Assembly: GCA_965237465.1 (NCBI GenBank)
Contig: OZ250138.1
Coordinates: 1,340,110 to 1,404,109, forward strand
Length of the DNA: 64,000 bases
DNA from: Dehalococcoidia bacterium
GTDB taxonomy: Bacteria > Chloroflexota > Dehalococcoidia > UBA6926
Direction of reading: 5' to 3'
The position numbers and the translations under genes are program-made. Shown here in pieces: positions 1-9,540 of this stretch (position 1 is the first letter of the stretch; the number at the start of each line of letters is the position of its first letter). The notes below the pieces were generated by a model. The model did not search any database and was not told the origin of the DNA. It worked only from the letters and a program-made list of their open reading frames with translations.

Positions 1-237
1 GCTCATGGAATTGTCCATGATCTGGTCGAGGCCGCCCTGACCGAGGACAAGCAGCTGCGAGACCTGACGCTGGACGACTACCGTCGCGCCTCACCCCACT
101 TTGGGGAGGACGTCCTGACCATCTCGGTGGAGACAGCCATTGCCGCGCGCAACACCATTGGCGGCACGGCGCCGGAACGGGTGCGGGAGGCGCTGACCGC
201 CGCCCGCGCCCGGCTGGAATCGGACAGCGGCGTCTGA
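1..237 (+). CDS. argH: argininosuccinate lyase, C-terminal fragment (5' end outside window)
   Basis: Open frame from base 1 to TGA at 235-237. Translation (...AHGIVHDLVEAALTEDKQLRDLTLDDYRRASPHFGEDVLTISVETAIAARNTIGGTAPERVREAL...) matches the conserved C-terminus of ArgH/fumarate-lyase family. Confidence 0.75.
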   Translation, partial: AHGIVHDLVEAALTEDKQLRDLTLDDYRRASPHFGEDVLTISVETAIAARNTIGGTAPERVREALTAARARLESDSGV

Positions 238-249
238 CTGCCGCGAACG

Positions 250-942
250 ATGCAGCACACGCCCGCCATCAAAATTGCGCCATCGCTCCTGGCGGCGGAC
301 TTTGCCCGCCTCGGCGAGGAGACGGCAGCCGCGGCCAACGGCGGCGCGGACTATATCCATGTTGACGTGATGGACGGCCAATTCGTGCCGCCCATCACTT
401 TCGGCGCGCAGATGGTCGCCGCCATCAAGGCCCATGCCGGCGGCGCCCCGCTCGACGTACACATGATGATCAATGAGCCTGAGCGTCACGTGGCGGCCAT
501 GGCGGAAGCGGGAGCGGACATCATCGTCGTGCACGTAGAAGCCTCAAAGGACCTCCGCGCGACGCTCGCGGCGATCCGAAGCCACGGCGCGCGCCCAGGC
601 ATTGCCCTGCGCCCGGATACGCCGCTAAGCGCTGTTATGGATGTATTGGATCAGGCGAACCTCCTGTTGCTGATGACCGTACAACCGGGCTACGGCGGCC
701 AACCGTACATCGAAGAGGTTGAGCAAAAGGTCTTGGAGGCGCGAGGCATCATTGACGACCGAGGCCTCAACATAGAGATCGAAGTCGACGGCGGTATCAA
801 TGAGCGCACGGCCGCGCGGGCCGCCCAGGCCGGCGCGCACATCCTCGTCGCCGGTACGGCCATCTACGGCCTACATGAGCCCGTCAAAGACCGCATCGCC
901 TTACTCCGGCAAATTGCGTTATCGGGTCTGACAAGTGGCTAG
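250..942 (+). CDS. rpe: ribulose-phosphate 3-epimerase
   Basis: 230-aa ORF with hallmarks IAPSLLAADFARLGEE, DYIHVDVMDGQFVPPITFG and VDGGI. Length typical of Rpe. Confidence 0.9.
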   Translation: MQHTPAIKIAPSLLAADFARLGEETAAAANGGADYIHVDVMDGQFVPPITFGAQMVAAIKAHAGGAPLDVHMMINEPERHVAAMAEAGADIIVVHVEASKDLRATLAAIRSHGARPGIALRPDTPLSAVMDVLDQANLLLLMTVQPGYGGQPYIEEVEQKVLEARGIIDDRGLNIEIEVDGGINERTAARAAQAGAHILVAGTAIYGLHEPVKDRIALLRQIALSGLTSG

Positions 943-1040
943 CGCTCGACTGTGGCGATGCGCCGTTCTTGATCGCGTATGCCTCACTTAAACCGGACAG
1001 TGAGCTTTATGCGGGCGCGTAGGGGTCGTTTGATAGTGCT

Positions 1041-1445
1041 TCAGCCAAAAGGCCATATGCCAAGAATCCAGAACAGTACGCCGATGACAGGAAGCCATAT
1101 CGTGGCGATAACACCCCACCCTAAGGGGGGATATCTTCCTGTAAATGCGAATCGGAGAGTAAAGTGTAGTTCGTCAATTATTCTGCCGGCAGGCAAGAAC
1201 AATAGCCAAGTCCAAAAAGACGCATCGAATGATATTGCCAATCCTAGGGCAAGTCCACTCAATAGACCAGCCACGATCCATCCACCCGCTATGGACTGCT
1301 GGTGCAACTCTGAGCCCGAAGCCATACTGCCGCTCTCTAGCTGGGCATTAACTCGGACTGCCAGTGAGCCAAAAATCAGAGCAACTAGCACACCAGCGAC
1401 GAGTCCGCCAACAGTGCTTCCTATCACAACAAGAGCAGCTATCAT
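1041..1445 (-). CDS. hypothetical small integral membrane protein (lower-GC segment)
   Basis: 134-aa ORF, almost entirely hydrophobic (3-4 predicted TM helices). Its ATG overlaps the queG stop as ATGA (1442-1445), suggesting translational coupling. The competing + strand ORF 979..1629 is Pro/Ser-rich low complexity. Confidence 0.45.
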   Translation of the reverse strand: MIAALVVIGSTVGGLVAGVLVALIFGSLAVRVNAQLESGSMASGSELHQQSIAGGWIVAGLLSGLALGLAISFDASFWTWLLFLPAGRIIDELHFTLRFAFTGRYPPLGWGVIATIWLPVIGVLFWILGIWPFG

Positions 1446-2637
1446 AATGAGTGCGTTCTATCCGCCTTCGCCAACGCTGCCGCAATCTCCTCCAGCGCCG
1501 ACGTATCAGCCTCTGCCAGGCTCGCGGCCTCAAGCGCCGCGACCGCATCCGCCGTCCCAATGCGCCCCAGCGCCCATGCGGCGTGACCTCGCACAATTGG
1601 CGAGTCGTCGTGGCGAAGAACACGCCTAAGAGGGCCTACCGTCGTCGGGTCTGCGATGTTGCCGAGCGCTACGCAGACATTCCGGCGCATCCCCGCAGGC
1701 TTGGCGCGGAGGACGGCGCTCTGCCGGAACCGTTCCCGAAAGCCGTCGTCATCAAGCGAGAGCAGCTCGACCAGCTCAGGCCTGGCGCGCCCTTCCGCAT
1801 CGCGCGTCAGCTCCTCGTAGGCCTGGCCCACGCGCGCCTTGCGATTCACGGGGCAAACATCCTGACAGATGTCGCAGCCAAATATCCAGTCGCCGATCAG
1901 CGGCCGCAGCTCCGGCGGAATCGCCCCTCGATTCTCAATAGTCAGATAGGAGATACACCGACTGTTGTCCAGCACATAGGGCGCGACGATGGCGCCGGTG
2001 GGACATGCCTCAATGCACGCGGTGCACGCTCCGCACGTCTTCTTTAGCGGCTCATCAGGCTGCAGTTCAAGCGTCGTAATGATCTGGGCCAGCAACATCC
2101 ATGATCCCTGCGACGTCAGGATGTTCGTGTTCTTGCCGAACCAGCCGACGCCCGCCCTTTCGGCAACGGCGCGGTCCAACATCGGACCAGTGTCTGTATA
2201 CCAGCGAGTTTGCATCTCGGATCGCCAACGATGCCCGGCAACGTCTCAATAAACGATTTCACGCGGCGCGCAAACACGCGGTGATAATCCTCGCCCCACG
2301 CGTACCGGGCGATACGGCCTCGCGGCTGAGTGCCCGGAGGAGGTCCGTTACCCTCCGTTGTAACTGCGTCATCGTCATGGTGATAGCTGAGCGCGAGGGA
2401 GATGATGGAGCGAGCATTGGGCAACAGGTTGCGCGGATCCGCCCCGCGCTCCACTCGTTCCTCCGTAAACCAGGGAAGGCCGTCCATGAGGCCCTCGGAT
2501 ACGCGTCCTTTTGCCGTCTCGCCACGATCGGAAAACGCATCGGCGGACGTCACGCCGACAACATCAAAGCCGAACTGCGCGGCGGCGTCCTTGACGGCTT
2601 GCGTTACGTGGGCGGGATCGTTGCCAGTACTGTTCAT
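1442..2637 (-). pseudogene. queG: epoxyqueuosine reductase QueG, reading frame broken by a 1-nt frameshift (pseudogene or assembly indel)
   Basis: N-terminal part (MNSTGNDPAHVTQAVKDAAAQFGFDVVGV...RIARYAWGEDYHRVFARRVKSFIETL) reads in one frame from the ATG at 2635-2637. The C-terminal part (RWYTDTGPMLDRAVAERAGVGWFGKNT...CGACTACIEACPTGAI...CDICQDVCPVN plus HEAT-like tail) reads in the -1 frame and ends at 1442. Restoring one base in the TTT run at 2209-2211 (AAA on the coding strand) gives an uninterrupted ...DPRCKTRWYTDTGP... QueG. Confidence 0.8.
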
Positions 2638-2659
2638 TAGTCGGTGTGGCATTCTGGAT

Positions 2660-3511
2660 GTGGTCCGATTATGCACGCTTGGGAGGCCCGCCGTGGTTCT
2701 GGTTGATCCTGGCGCCCGGATATTCCTGGTCAATGTCGGCGTCAACGCCTCGCACGGCGCCCTGCGCAGCCCCATCTTTCCCGACGGAACCTTTGAGTTT
2801 CTGCCCATCCCGGAGGAGCGACGGCTGTGGTCGCCGACGCTCCCCGCCTACCCCAAGCTGGCCGCGTTCAATGACCCCGACAAGACCCTCGCGGACTACG
2901 CGCCCGTTTCGCGGTGGAATGACCGCCTGCATGATGATCCCGAGTTTCGCACGTTTACATACGGCGACAACCCGCAAACAACGGGCAGAGGGGCCGGTCT
3001 CAAGCAATGCGGGCCCGGCGACTACATTCTCTTCCTTGCCCGTCTTGTTCAGCACGACGGCGAGGCGAAATTCCATGGCCCGCCGGGATTCTACCTGGTT
3101 GGTTTCTTCCGTGTGTCGGAAGTTCTGCAGGACGTCAAAGCCTTCCCCACAGGGCGGGAATTCGCCGTGTTCGGGGCGAACGCCCACATCCGCCGCGCCG
3201 CCTACCACCCAAAGGACGCGCTTAACCTCTTCTGGGTCTGGAAGGGTGATCCGGACGCCTCGCTGAGACTGCCAATGGCCGTTCCTGTTAGCCGCTCGTT
3301 GGCGGAGGCGACGCTCCTCGATGCGCGTGGGCGAGACTGGAAGTGGGATACCGGTCGCTCAGAGTTGCAAACCATCGGCTCCTACACGAGATCCGGCCGC
3401 ATGGTCATTGACCCAGCCGCGCCGGGCGGGAAAGTTCGGGCGAACCGGCTCTGGCGGGCGATCATCGACATGAACCCTAACGTGACCGTTGGTGGAAGAG
3501 TCGGGGCGTAG
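2660..3511 (+). CDS. hypothetical protein (possible PUA/EVE-like beta fold); start uncertain
   Basis: Long ORF 2402..3511 whose 5' part is antisense to queG. First plausible in-frame starts after the queG start are GTG 2660 or GTG 2693. No family recognised. Segments GDYILFLARL...GFYLVGFFRVSEV resemble PUA-like strand patterns only weakly. Confidence 0.4.
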   Translation: MVRLCTLGRPAVVLVDPGARIFLVNVGVNASHGALRSPIFPDGTFEFLPIPEERRLWSPTLPAYPKLAAFNDPDKTLADYAPVSRWNDRLHDDPEFRTFTYGDNPQTTGRGAGLKQCGPGDYILFLARLVQHDGEAKFHGPPGFYLVGFFRVSEVLQDVKAFPTGREFAVFGANAHIRRAAYHPKDALNLFWVWKGDPDASLRLPMAVPVSRSLAEATLLDARGRDWKWDTGRSELQTIGSYTRSGRMVIDPAAPGGKVRANRLWRAIIDMNPNVTVGGRVGA

Positions 3512-3581
3512 GGGGTCACATCATTCGGGATGAGCCGCGCAACGGCGGCAGCCCGCCCCTATAATTGAATACGAGCGCCCC

Positions 3582-4502
3582 ATGTCTGCATTGTGCCCCT
3601 TCACCGTACGCGTGCCCGCCACGACGGCCAATTTCGGCTCTGCCTTTGACGCCATCGGCATGGCCCTTGACCTGTGGCTGGAGGCGCGCGTCGAGGAGTC
3701 CGCGACGCATCTCGTTGAGGTGCGCGGCGAGGGCAGCGACGCGCTCCCAGTCGGAGACAGGAATCTCATCCTCCGCGCCGCCGCATTCAGAGCGAACCGC
3801 CTCGGCATCAACCTGCCGTCGCTGCGTCTCACCGTCAACAACTCGATACCACTCACGCGGGGCCTTGGAAGCAGCGCAGCCGCCGTCGCCGCCGGACTCC
3901 TCATCGCCCAGATCATCGCCGGGCGTGACGCCGATCTGGACGTCCTGCTTGCCGATGCCTCTGAGCTGGAGGGCCATCCTGACAACGCGGCGCCTGCCCT
4001 CTTCGGCGGCGTCTGTCTCGCCATTCAGGCGGATGACGGCCCGCCCATCGCGAGGCAACTCCCCTTTCCTGACGGACTCGCCTGCGCCGCCTTTATTCCG
4101 GACGCCACGTTGTCCACGAGTCTCGCCCGCTCCGCGCTCCCGAAGCAGGTCCCCCTGCCGGACGCGACATTTAATCTCGCCCATGCAGCTCTCCTGGTCC
4201 GCGCCCTGATGACTCGCCAATGGCATGACCTTGCGCTGGCCACGGAGGACCGGCTGCATCAGCCCTACCGCGCCGATCTGGTTCCCGGCCTGGCCCCGCT
4301 CACCCGGGCGGCCAAGGAGGCCAAGGCATACACGGCGTTTCTCTCCGGCGCAGGACCGACGATCATGGCCCTGTCTGCGCCCGCCGATGCAGAAACCGTC
4401 GCCGCCGCTATGGGCGCGGCGGCGCGTTCTCTCGACATAGCGGGGCGCGTTCTGGCGCTGGCGCCCTCAGAGCTCGGCGCCCACGTCGTAGCGGAGTCGT
4501 AG
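3582..4502 (+). CDS. thrB: homoserine kinase (GHMP kinase family)
   Basis: 306 aa. GHMP motifs VPATTANFGSAFD and PLTRGLGSSAAAVAAGL. Immediately upstream of aspartate kinase. A perfect TATAAT hexamer sits at 3560-3565, 17 nt upstream of the ATG. Confidence 0.8.
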   Translation: MSALCPFTVRVPATTANFGSAFDAIGMALDLWLEARVEESATHLVEVRGEGSDALPVGDRNLILRAAAFRANRLGINLPSLRLTVNNSIPLTRGLGSSAAAVAAGLLIAQIIAGRDADLDVLLADASELEGHPDNAAPALFGGVCLAIQADDGPPIARQLPFPDGLACAAFIPDATLSTSLARSALPKQVPLPDATFNLAHAALLVRALMTRQWHDLALATEDRLHQPYRADLVPGLAPLTRAAKEAKAYTAFLSGAGPTIMALSAPADAETVAAAMGAAARSLDIAGRVLALAPSELGAHVVAES

Positions 4503-4507
4503 GTTCA

Positions 4508-5740
4508 ATGCTGCGCGTTCAGAAATACGGCGGCAGCTCAGTCGCTTCCGCCGATCACATCGCCCGGGTTGCGGAGCGCATCGCGCACGCCAGCGAGCAG
4601 GGCGACGATCTCGTCGTCGTCGTCTCCGCCATGGGTCAGACAACCAACCAGCTAATCGACCTCAGTCGCCAGATAACCTCCACACCGGAGCCGCGGGAGA
4701 TGGACCTGCTGTTGTCCACGGGAGAGCTTGTGTCCGGCGCCCTGCTGGCCATGGCGCTCCGAGCGCTCGGACATCCCGCCGTGAGCCTCAGCGGATTCCA
4801 GGCCGGCATCCGCACGGACACCCAGTACTCTCGCGCCCGAATCACGCAGATTGAGGCCCGACGCCTGCGCGATGAGATTTCACGCGGCAACATCGTCATC
4901 GTCGCCGGGTTTCAGGGCGCCACTGACGACCTTGAGATCACGACGCTTGGTCGCGGCGGCTCGGACACCACCGCCGTCGCTCTGGCCGCCGCCCTGGGTG
5001 CCCCGCTCTGCGAAATCTACACCGACGTTGACGGAATCTACACGGCGGATCCGCGCATTGCGCCGGACGCTCGCCGACTGCATGACATCGCCTACGATGA
5101 GATGCTTGAGATGGCCAGCGAGGGCGCAAATGTCATGCATAACCGCGCCGTGGAGCTTGGCTGGGTTTACGATGTGCCCATCCTCGTCGCGTCAAGCCTC
5201 GCCGATGAGGGCGGCGGCACGCGCATACATGGAGGAACGCTTATGGAAAATCGAAACAAGGTCCGCGGCATCGCCCATGACACGGACATCGCCCGCGTCA
5301 CGCTCCTCTCCGTGCCTGACCGCCCCGGCATCGCCGCGCAGGTCTTCTCGCCCCTCGCCGACGCCGGCATCAGCGTCGATATCATCGTCCAGAACGCCGG
5401 CCACGACGGGCTGAGCGATGTCTCATTCACCGTCACGCGCGCCGATCTGTCCGCCACCCTGACCCAGATCGAGGAGATCAGGCATGAGCTAGGCGCGGCG
5501 GGTGTCGCCGCAGATGAGCATCTCGCCAAGGTGAGCATCGTCGGCGCCGGGCTGACCAACTCCCCGGGCTACGCAGGCGCCATGTTTCGCGCTCTGCGGG
5601 ATGCCCAGGTCAATATTGAGATGATCACGACGGCGGAGATCAGCTTGACCTGCGTGGTGCGAGAGGATCGGCTGCAGGACGCCGTCCGCGCGCTGCACCG
5701 CGCATTCAGCCTTGAGACGCCGGATGAGACGCCGCTCTAG
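4508..5740 (+). CDS. lysC: aspartate kinase with C-terminal ACT domains
   Basis: 410 aa. N-terminal VQKYGGSSV, amino-acid kinase fold, two ACT-like repeats in the C-terminal third. Confidence 0.9.
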   Translation: MLRVQKYGGSSVASADHIARVAERIAHASEQGDDLVVVVSAMGQTTNQLIDLSRQITSTPEPREMDLLLSTGELVSGALLAMALRALGHPAVSLSGFQAGIRTDTQYSRARITQIEARRLRDEISRGNIVIVAGFQGATDDLEITTLGRGGSDTTAVALAAALGAPLCEIYTDVDGIYTADPRIAPDARRLHDIAYDEMLEMASEGANVMHNRAVELGWVYDVPILVASSLADEGGGTRIHGGTLMENRNKVRGIAHDTDIARVTLLSVPDRPGIAAQVFSPLADAGISVDIIVQNAGHDGLSDVSFTVTRADLSATLTQIEEIRHELGAAGVAADEHLAKVSIVGAGLTNSPGYAGAMFRALRDAQVNIEMITTAEISLTCVVREDRLQDAVRALHRAFSLETPDETPL

Positions 5741-5758
5741 ACGAGCCCGGCCTGCCCC

Positions 5759-6505
5759 ATGAGCGAATCCGACGCCTCTCCACCGCTCTCTATCGTTATT
5801 CCCGCCTACAACGAAGAAGCGCGTCTCCCCAAGACCCTGGCCTCCCTGACTGAATACCTAGACGAGGCCTGGCCGGACGCCGAAGTCATCGTCGCCAGCG
5901 ATGGCAGCACGGACTCCACCGATGCCATCACCCGCGAGTTCTCCGCGCTGTCGCCCCGCGTCCGCCTCCTCTCTCTCCCGCACCGCGGCAAGGGCCACGC
6001 AGTGCGACGCGGAATGTTGGAGGCTCGCGGCGCCGTCCGCATCTTCATGGACGCCGATCTCGCCGTGCCCGTCGAGACCATTGCCCAGTTCGTGGAGGAT
6101 ACACAGGAGGCGCATGTGGTCATCGGTTCCCGATCCATACCCGGGGCTGAACGCAGCGGCGAGCCGCTGACGCGCCGCGTCGGGGGGCGGGTGATCAGTC
6201 GCGCGACGCGGTTGATCCTGGGGTTGTCGACTACCGACACGCAGTGCGGATTCAAGGCGTTTCGCGCCGAGGCGGCGGAGCTTCTGTTTGGTGGACAGCG
6301 CGTGGACGGTTTTGCCTTCGACGCCGAGATTCTTTATCTGGCGAAGCGATGGCGACTACGCGTCATCGAACGACCGGTCACGTGGCGCTACGGCGAGATG
6401 AGCACCGTCCGCCTCCGCCACGGCCCTCAGACATTGGCGGAGATCATCCGCATAAGGCTGCGGGGCATGCCGAAGGATATTGCGATGCAGGGGTGGGATG
6501 AGTGA
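5759..6505 (+). CDS. family 2 glycosyltransferase (polyprenyl-phosphate hexosyltransferase-like)
   Basis: 248 aa. LSIVIPAYNEE, DGSTDST, DAD and QCGFKAF motifs of GT2/DPM1-like enzymes. Paralog of 57627..58388. Confidence 0.8.
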   Translation: MSESDASPPLSIVIPAYNEEARLPKTLASLTEYLDEAWPDAEVIVASDGSTDSTDAITREFSALSPRVRLLSLPHRGKGHAVRRGMLEARGAVRIFMDADLAVPVETIAQFVEDTQEAHVVIGSRSIPGAERSGEPLTRRVGGRVISRATRLILGLSTTDTQCGFKAFRAEAAELLFGGQRVDGFAFDAEILYLAKRWRLRVIERPVTWRYGEMSTVRLRHGPQTLAEIIRIRLRGMPKDIAMQGWDE

Positions 6506-6528
6506 GGGGAGAGCCGGATACGGTTGCT

Positions 6529-7602
6529 CTAGAGACTCCGAGACCACTCGCCGTACAGTTCGTTGCAAGTACCCCCAAGCCGTTTGCGTAGACTGTCGTC
6601 AAAGCTCATTCCAGATTCCACGTCGTCTACGATTGCATTGAGATGCTTGAGCCCGTGTTTCGCTTCAAGTGAACGGATAAACTCGTACGAGGTGCCGTAG
6701 AACAGCGCGATTTCGTCTTGGTCATTTCCCAGTTCAAAGCTACAGAACTCGGAGCCTGGAAGAAGTTGTTGACGATTGATCCAGACCACCAAGCGATTCA
6801 ACGCCCTGTAATGGTACTGCTTCCATCCCGTGTTCTGGTAACGCTCGGCCATCCCTTCGTGAAACCACCGCGCAATTGAATAGAATGAAGTCTGCCCCAA
6901 CTTCTGACACCAAGTGGCATGAACCATTTCGTGCATTTGCGTGCGCGACGCCGGCGACTCTGTGTACATGAAGGAGGCGTCTTCAAGGGGAACACCGACG
7001 GTTGCACCGCTTGGCAAGCAATATGCGTGGCCGCCTGCGTATTCGATGTCCCAATTCTCCCTTGTATAGTGCCTATACTCCCACTCGTCGCGGAAGAGGA
7101 AGAGAACAATGAGTGGGCTGGAGTCTGGAATCAACCATTGGTCACTCAGCTCTTGACGAGCCCTTTCAAACTCGGCCAATGTGCGTTCCAGATCGGCGGC
7201 ATCAATAGATGGTGCATGTGTTGGCAAGAATGACTGGAGAGCAGCCTCTGCATCTCGTGACCTTGACTGGTGGTCGATAACTGTTGGAGCCATCCCTATT
7301 CCCAGAATCAGTAGGAGAACGACGAGCAGAATGAAGGTGGCCTTACGATGGCGATTCTTGACTTGCTCACCGGACAACTCGTCAGGCTCAGCCTTGAATC
7401 GGGCCAGGATGTTGGCTATTAGGACTGTTATGGGCAACGCTATGAGAGGCACCACGGCTGCCACAATCAGTGCGAAGCGAGGCCCAAGCGATACAAGATC
7501 AATGACTGCTAGTTCAATGAACAAAGTGACCAAGGCCCACCCGAATATCCACCGTATGGCCGACCAGAGCAAGGCGAGGATTGCACGGGCCTGCGATATC
7601 AT
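6529..7602 (-). CDS. membrane-anchored putative zinc metallopeptidase (HExxH...E)
   Basis: Start moved to ATG 7600-7602 (MISQARAIL...), with GGGGTG 10 nt upstream; the longer track ORF would overlap the divergent MTase. Two N-terminal TM helices, then HEMVH followed 24 aa later by HEGMAE (gluzincin-like). Local GC about 50-55%, below the window average. Confidence 0.6.
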   Translation of the reverse strand: MISQARAILALLWSAIRWIFGWALVTLFIELAVIDLVSLGPRFALIVAAVVPLIALPITVLIANILARFKAEPDELSGEQVKNRHRKATFILLVVLLLILGIGMAPTVIDHQSRSRDAEAALQSFLPTHAPSIDAADLERTLAEFERARQELSDQWLIPDSSPLIVLFLFRDEWEYRHYTRENWDIEYAGGHAYCLPSGATVGVPLEDASFMYTESPASRTQMHEMVHATWCQKLGQTSFYSIARWFHEGMAERYQNTGWKQYHYRALNRLVVWINRQQLLPGSEFCSFELGNDQDEIALFYGTSYEFIRSLEAKHGLKHLNAIVDDVESGMSFDDSLRKRLGGTCNELYGEWSRSL

Positions 7603-7752
7603 TGTCAACCTAGACACCCCTTTCCATCTCCCATAGTGCTGATAGATCATACATACTATAGAACATGTGTGGCAATGTCTGGAGCAGTTTGGAATTAAAT
7701 CAGCGCTCCCTTGACACCCTATCCGCGCCCCCCATCCCCTATCATTAGCGCC

Positions 7753-9516
7753 ATGACCACCCCACACACCAACAAACTCCACTTCGGTGACAATCTCCCC
7801 ATCATGCGGGAGCACATCCCCGATGAGTCCGTCGATCTCATCTACCTTGATCCGCCGTTCAACTCCAACGCCACCTACAACATCCTGTTCCGCGAGCGCG
7901 ACTCCTCAGAGTCCGCCGCCCAGATACAGGCCTTCGACGATACATGGCACTGGAATACGGATGCTGAATGGCAATACCAACAGACCGTGACTAAAGGCCC
8001 CCGCAGACTCGCCCAAATGCTTGAGGCTATGCGAACGTTCCTCGGCCAGAACGACATGATGGCCTACCTGACCATGATGGCCCCGCGTATGGTGGAACTC
8101 CATCGCGTCCTCAAGCCCACCGGCAGCATCTACCTCCACTGCGACCCCACCGCCAGCCACTACTTGAAGCTGCTGCTTGACGCGGTGTTCGGAGCTGCAA
8201 ACTTTCGTAATGAAATCATTTGGCGTCGGACTGGCACGCACAACAAAATACAGCGTTTTGCTCCGATCCATGACACGATCTTGTTCTACGCGAAGAGTGA
8301 AGCGTACCAATGGCAAAATATTAAAAGGCCCTACATGAGCGGTCATGTTCAAGAATACTTCGTAGAAGATTCCCAAGGGTGGCGAACCAATTACTACGGG
8401 AATGTGCTGACGGGGTCAGGCACAAGGAATGGAGAATCCGGAAAACCCTGGATGGGTTTCGATCCAAGTGCGAAAAATCGACATTGGGCAATTCCCCGCA
8501 GACTGTTGCAGGATGTGGACGAGGATCTGTCGACGCTATCGCAACATCAAAAGCTCGACCGACTTTACGAGTTGGGCTACATCAAGATCCAAGAAGGCCA
8601 AGCTTGGCCAGTATATGAGCACTACATTGCACCAGACGACGGTCAACCTGTTCCCGATATATGGGCATACCAGCCCTACACGGACGGATCGGTCTTTGGG
8701 AGTGAGAGTGGAATCGACGCAGATGTGCGTTGGCTGTCACCAACTGACCAAGAGCGCCTCCATTACCCCACCCAGAAGCCCCAGGCCCTGCTTGAACGCA
8801 TCATCTCCGCGTCCAGCAATGAGGGCGATATCGTCCTTGACCCATTCTGCGGTTGCGGCACCGCCATCGCCGCCGCGGAGCGACTGAAGCGCAAATGGAT
8901 TGGCATCGACATCACCCATCTCGCCATCTCTCTCATGCGCAACCGACTGCGTGCCTTGCCAGTGGATCGCCTGTCCGACTATGAGGTCATCGGATCTCCT
9001 GCGGACGTTGAGAGCGCCCGCGCCCTCTCCAGGGAGGGCGGCAACACGGGCCGCTACCTGTTCGAATACTGGGCCCTCGGCCTTGTAGAGGCCCTCCCCG
9101 CGCGTGACATGAAAAAAGGCGCTGACGCAGGAATCGATGGCTACATCAACTTCTTCGACGGTAAATCTACCAAGGCAAAGACCGTAATTGTGCAGGTCAA
9201 GAGCGGTAAGGTGGGCAGCAACATAGTCAGAGACCTTCGTGGCGCGATGGAGCGCGAACGAGCGGAAATGGCTTTGCTCATCACACTTGAGCCACCCACC
9301 AAACCCATGGAAAATGAGGCAGTCACCGCTGGATTCTACACGTCGGAAGCCTTCCCGGCCCTCCGATACCCTCGCGTCCAGATCGCCACCATCGAAGACA
9401 TCCTCACCGGCAACGGCCCCCAAATACCCCGAGGACTAGGCCTCTCCGAAGACCCCACATTCCGCCGCACCCCCCGCCAACGCCGGGCGCAGGGCAGTTC
9501 CCGGCGGATGATTTAG
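7753..9516 (+). CDS. beta-class N6-adenine/N4-cytosine DNA methyltransferase fused to a C-terminal Mrr-like (PD-(D/E)xK) restriction endonuclease domain
   Basis: DPPF motif (LIYLDPPFNS) near the N-terminus and a later YPTQKP...DPFCGCGT SAM-binding region, the order typical of beta-class MTases (PF01555-like). C-terminal about 120 aa (GADAGIDGY...VIVQVKSGKVGSNIVRDLRGAME...ALLITL) match the Mrr catalytic fold (PF04471-like). Start at ATG 7753 chosen by alignment with the paralog at 58395..59858. Alternative ATG at 7711. Confidence 0.8.
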   Translation: MTTPHTNKLHFGDNLPIMREHIPDESVDLIYLDPPFNSNATYNILFRERDSSESAAQIQAFDDTWHWNTDAEWQYQQTVTKGPRRLAQMLEAMRTFLGQNDMMAYLTMMAPRMVELHRVLKPTGSIYLHCDPTASHYLKLLLDAVFGAANFRNEIIWRRTGTHNKIQRFAPIHDTILFYAKSEAYQWQNIKRPYMSGHVQEYFVEDSQGWRTNYYGNVLTGSGTRNGESGKPWMGFDPSAKNRHWAIPRRLLQDVDEDLSTLSQHQKLDRLYELGYIKIQEGQAWPVYEHYIAPDDGQPVPDIWAYQPYTDGSVFGSESGIDADVRWLSPTDQERLHYPTQKPQALLERIISASSNEGDIVLDPFCGCGTAIAAAERLKRKWIGIDITHLAISLMRNRLRALPVDRLSDYEVIGSPADVESARALSREGGNTGRYLFEYWALGLVEALPARDMKKGADAGIDGYINFFDGKSTKAKTVIVQVKSGKVGSNIVRDLRGAMERERAEMALLITLEPPTKPMENEAVTAGFYTSEAFPALRYPRVQIATIEDILTGNGPQIPRGLGLSEDPTFRRTPRQRRAQGSSRRMI

Positions 9517-9529
9517 CCCTGCCGTCCCT

Positions 9530-9540
9530 CCCCCCCCCCC
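9530..9540. repeat. homopolymeric C11 tract 14 nt downstream of the MTase-Mrr stop codon
   Basis: ccctc + 10 C at 9526-9540 read directly from the sequence. Intergenic. Confidence 0.9.

Noticed and set aside
979-1629. 216-aa + strand ORF overlapping the minus-strand membrane ORF
   Set aside because: Pro/Ser/Thr-rich low-complexity translation. The opposite-strand hydrophobic ORF is ATGA-coupled to queG and is the more plausible gene.
7906-9423. Antisense ORFs (7906..8376, 8737..9423) inside the MTase-Mrr gene
   Set aside because: Entirely contained in a gene with strong motif support on the other strand. High GC third positions generate long antisense open frames.
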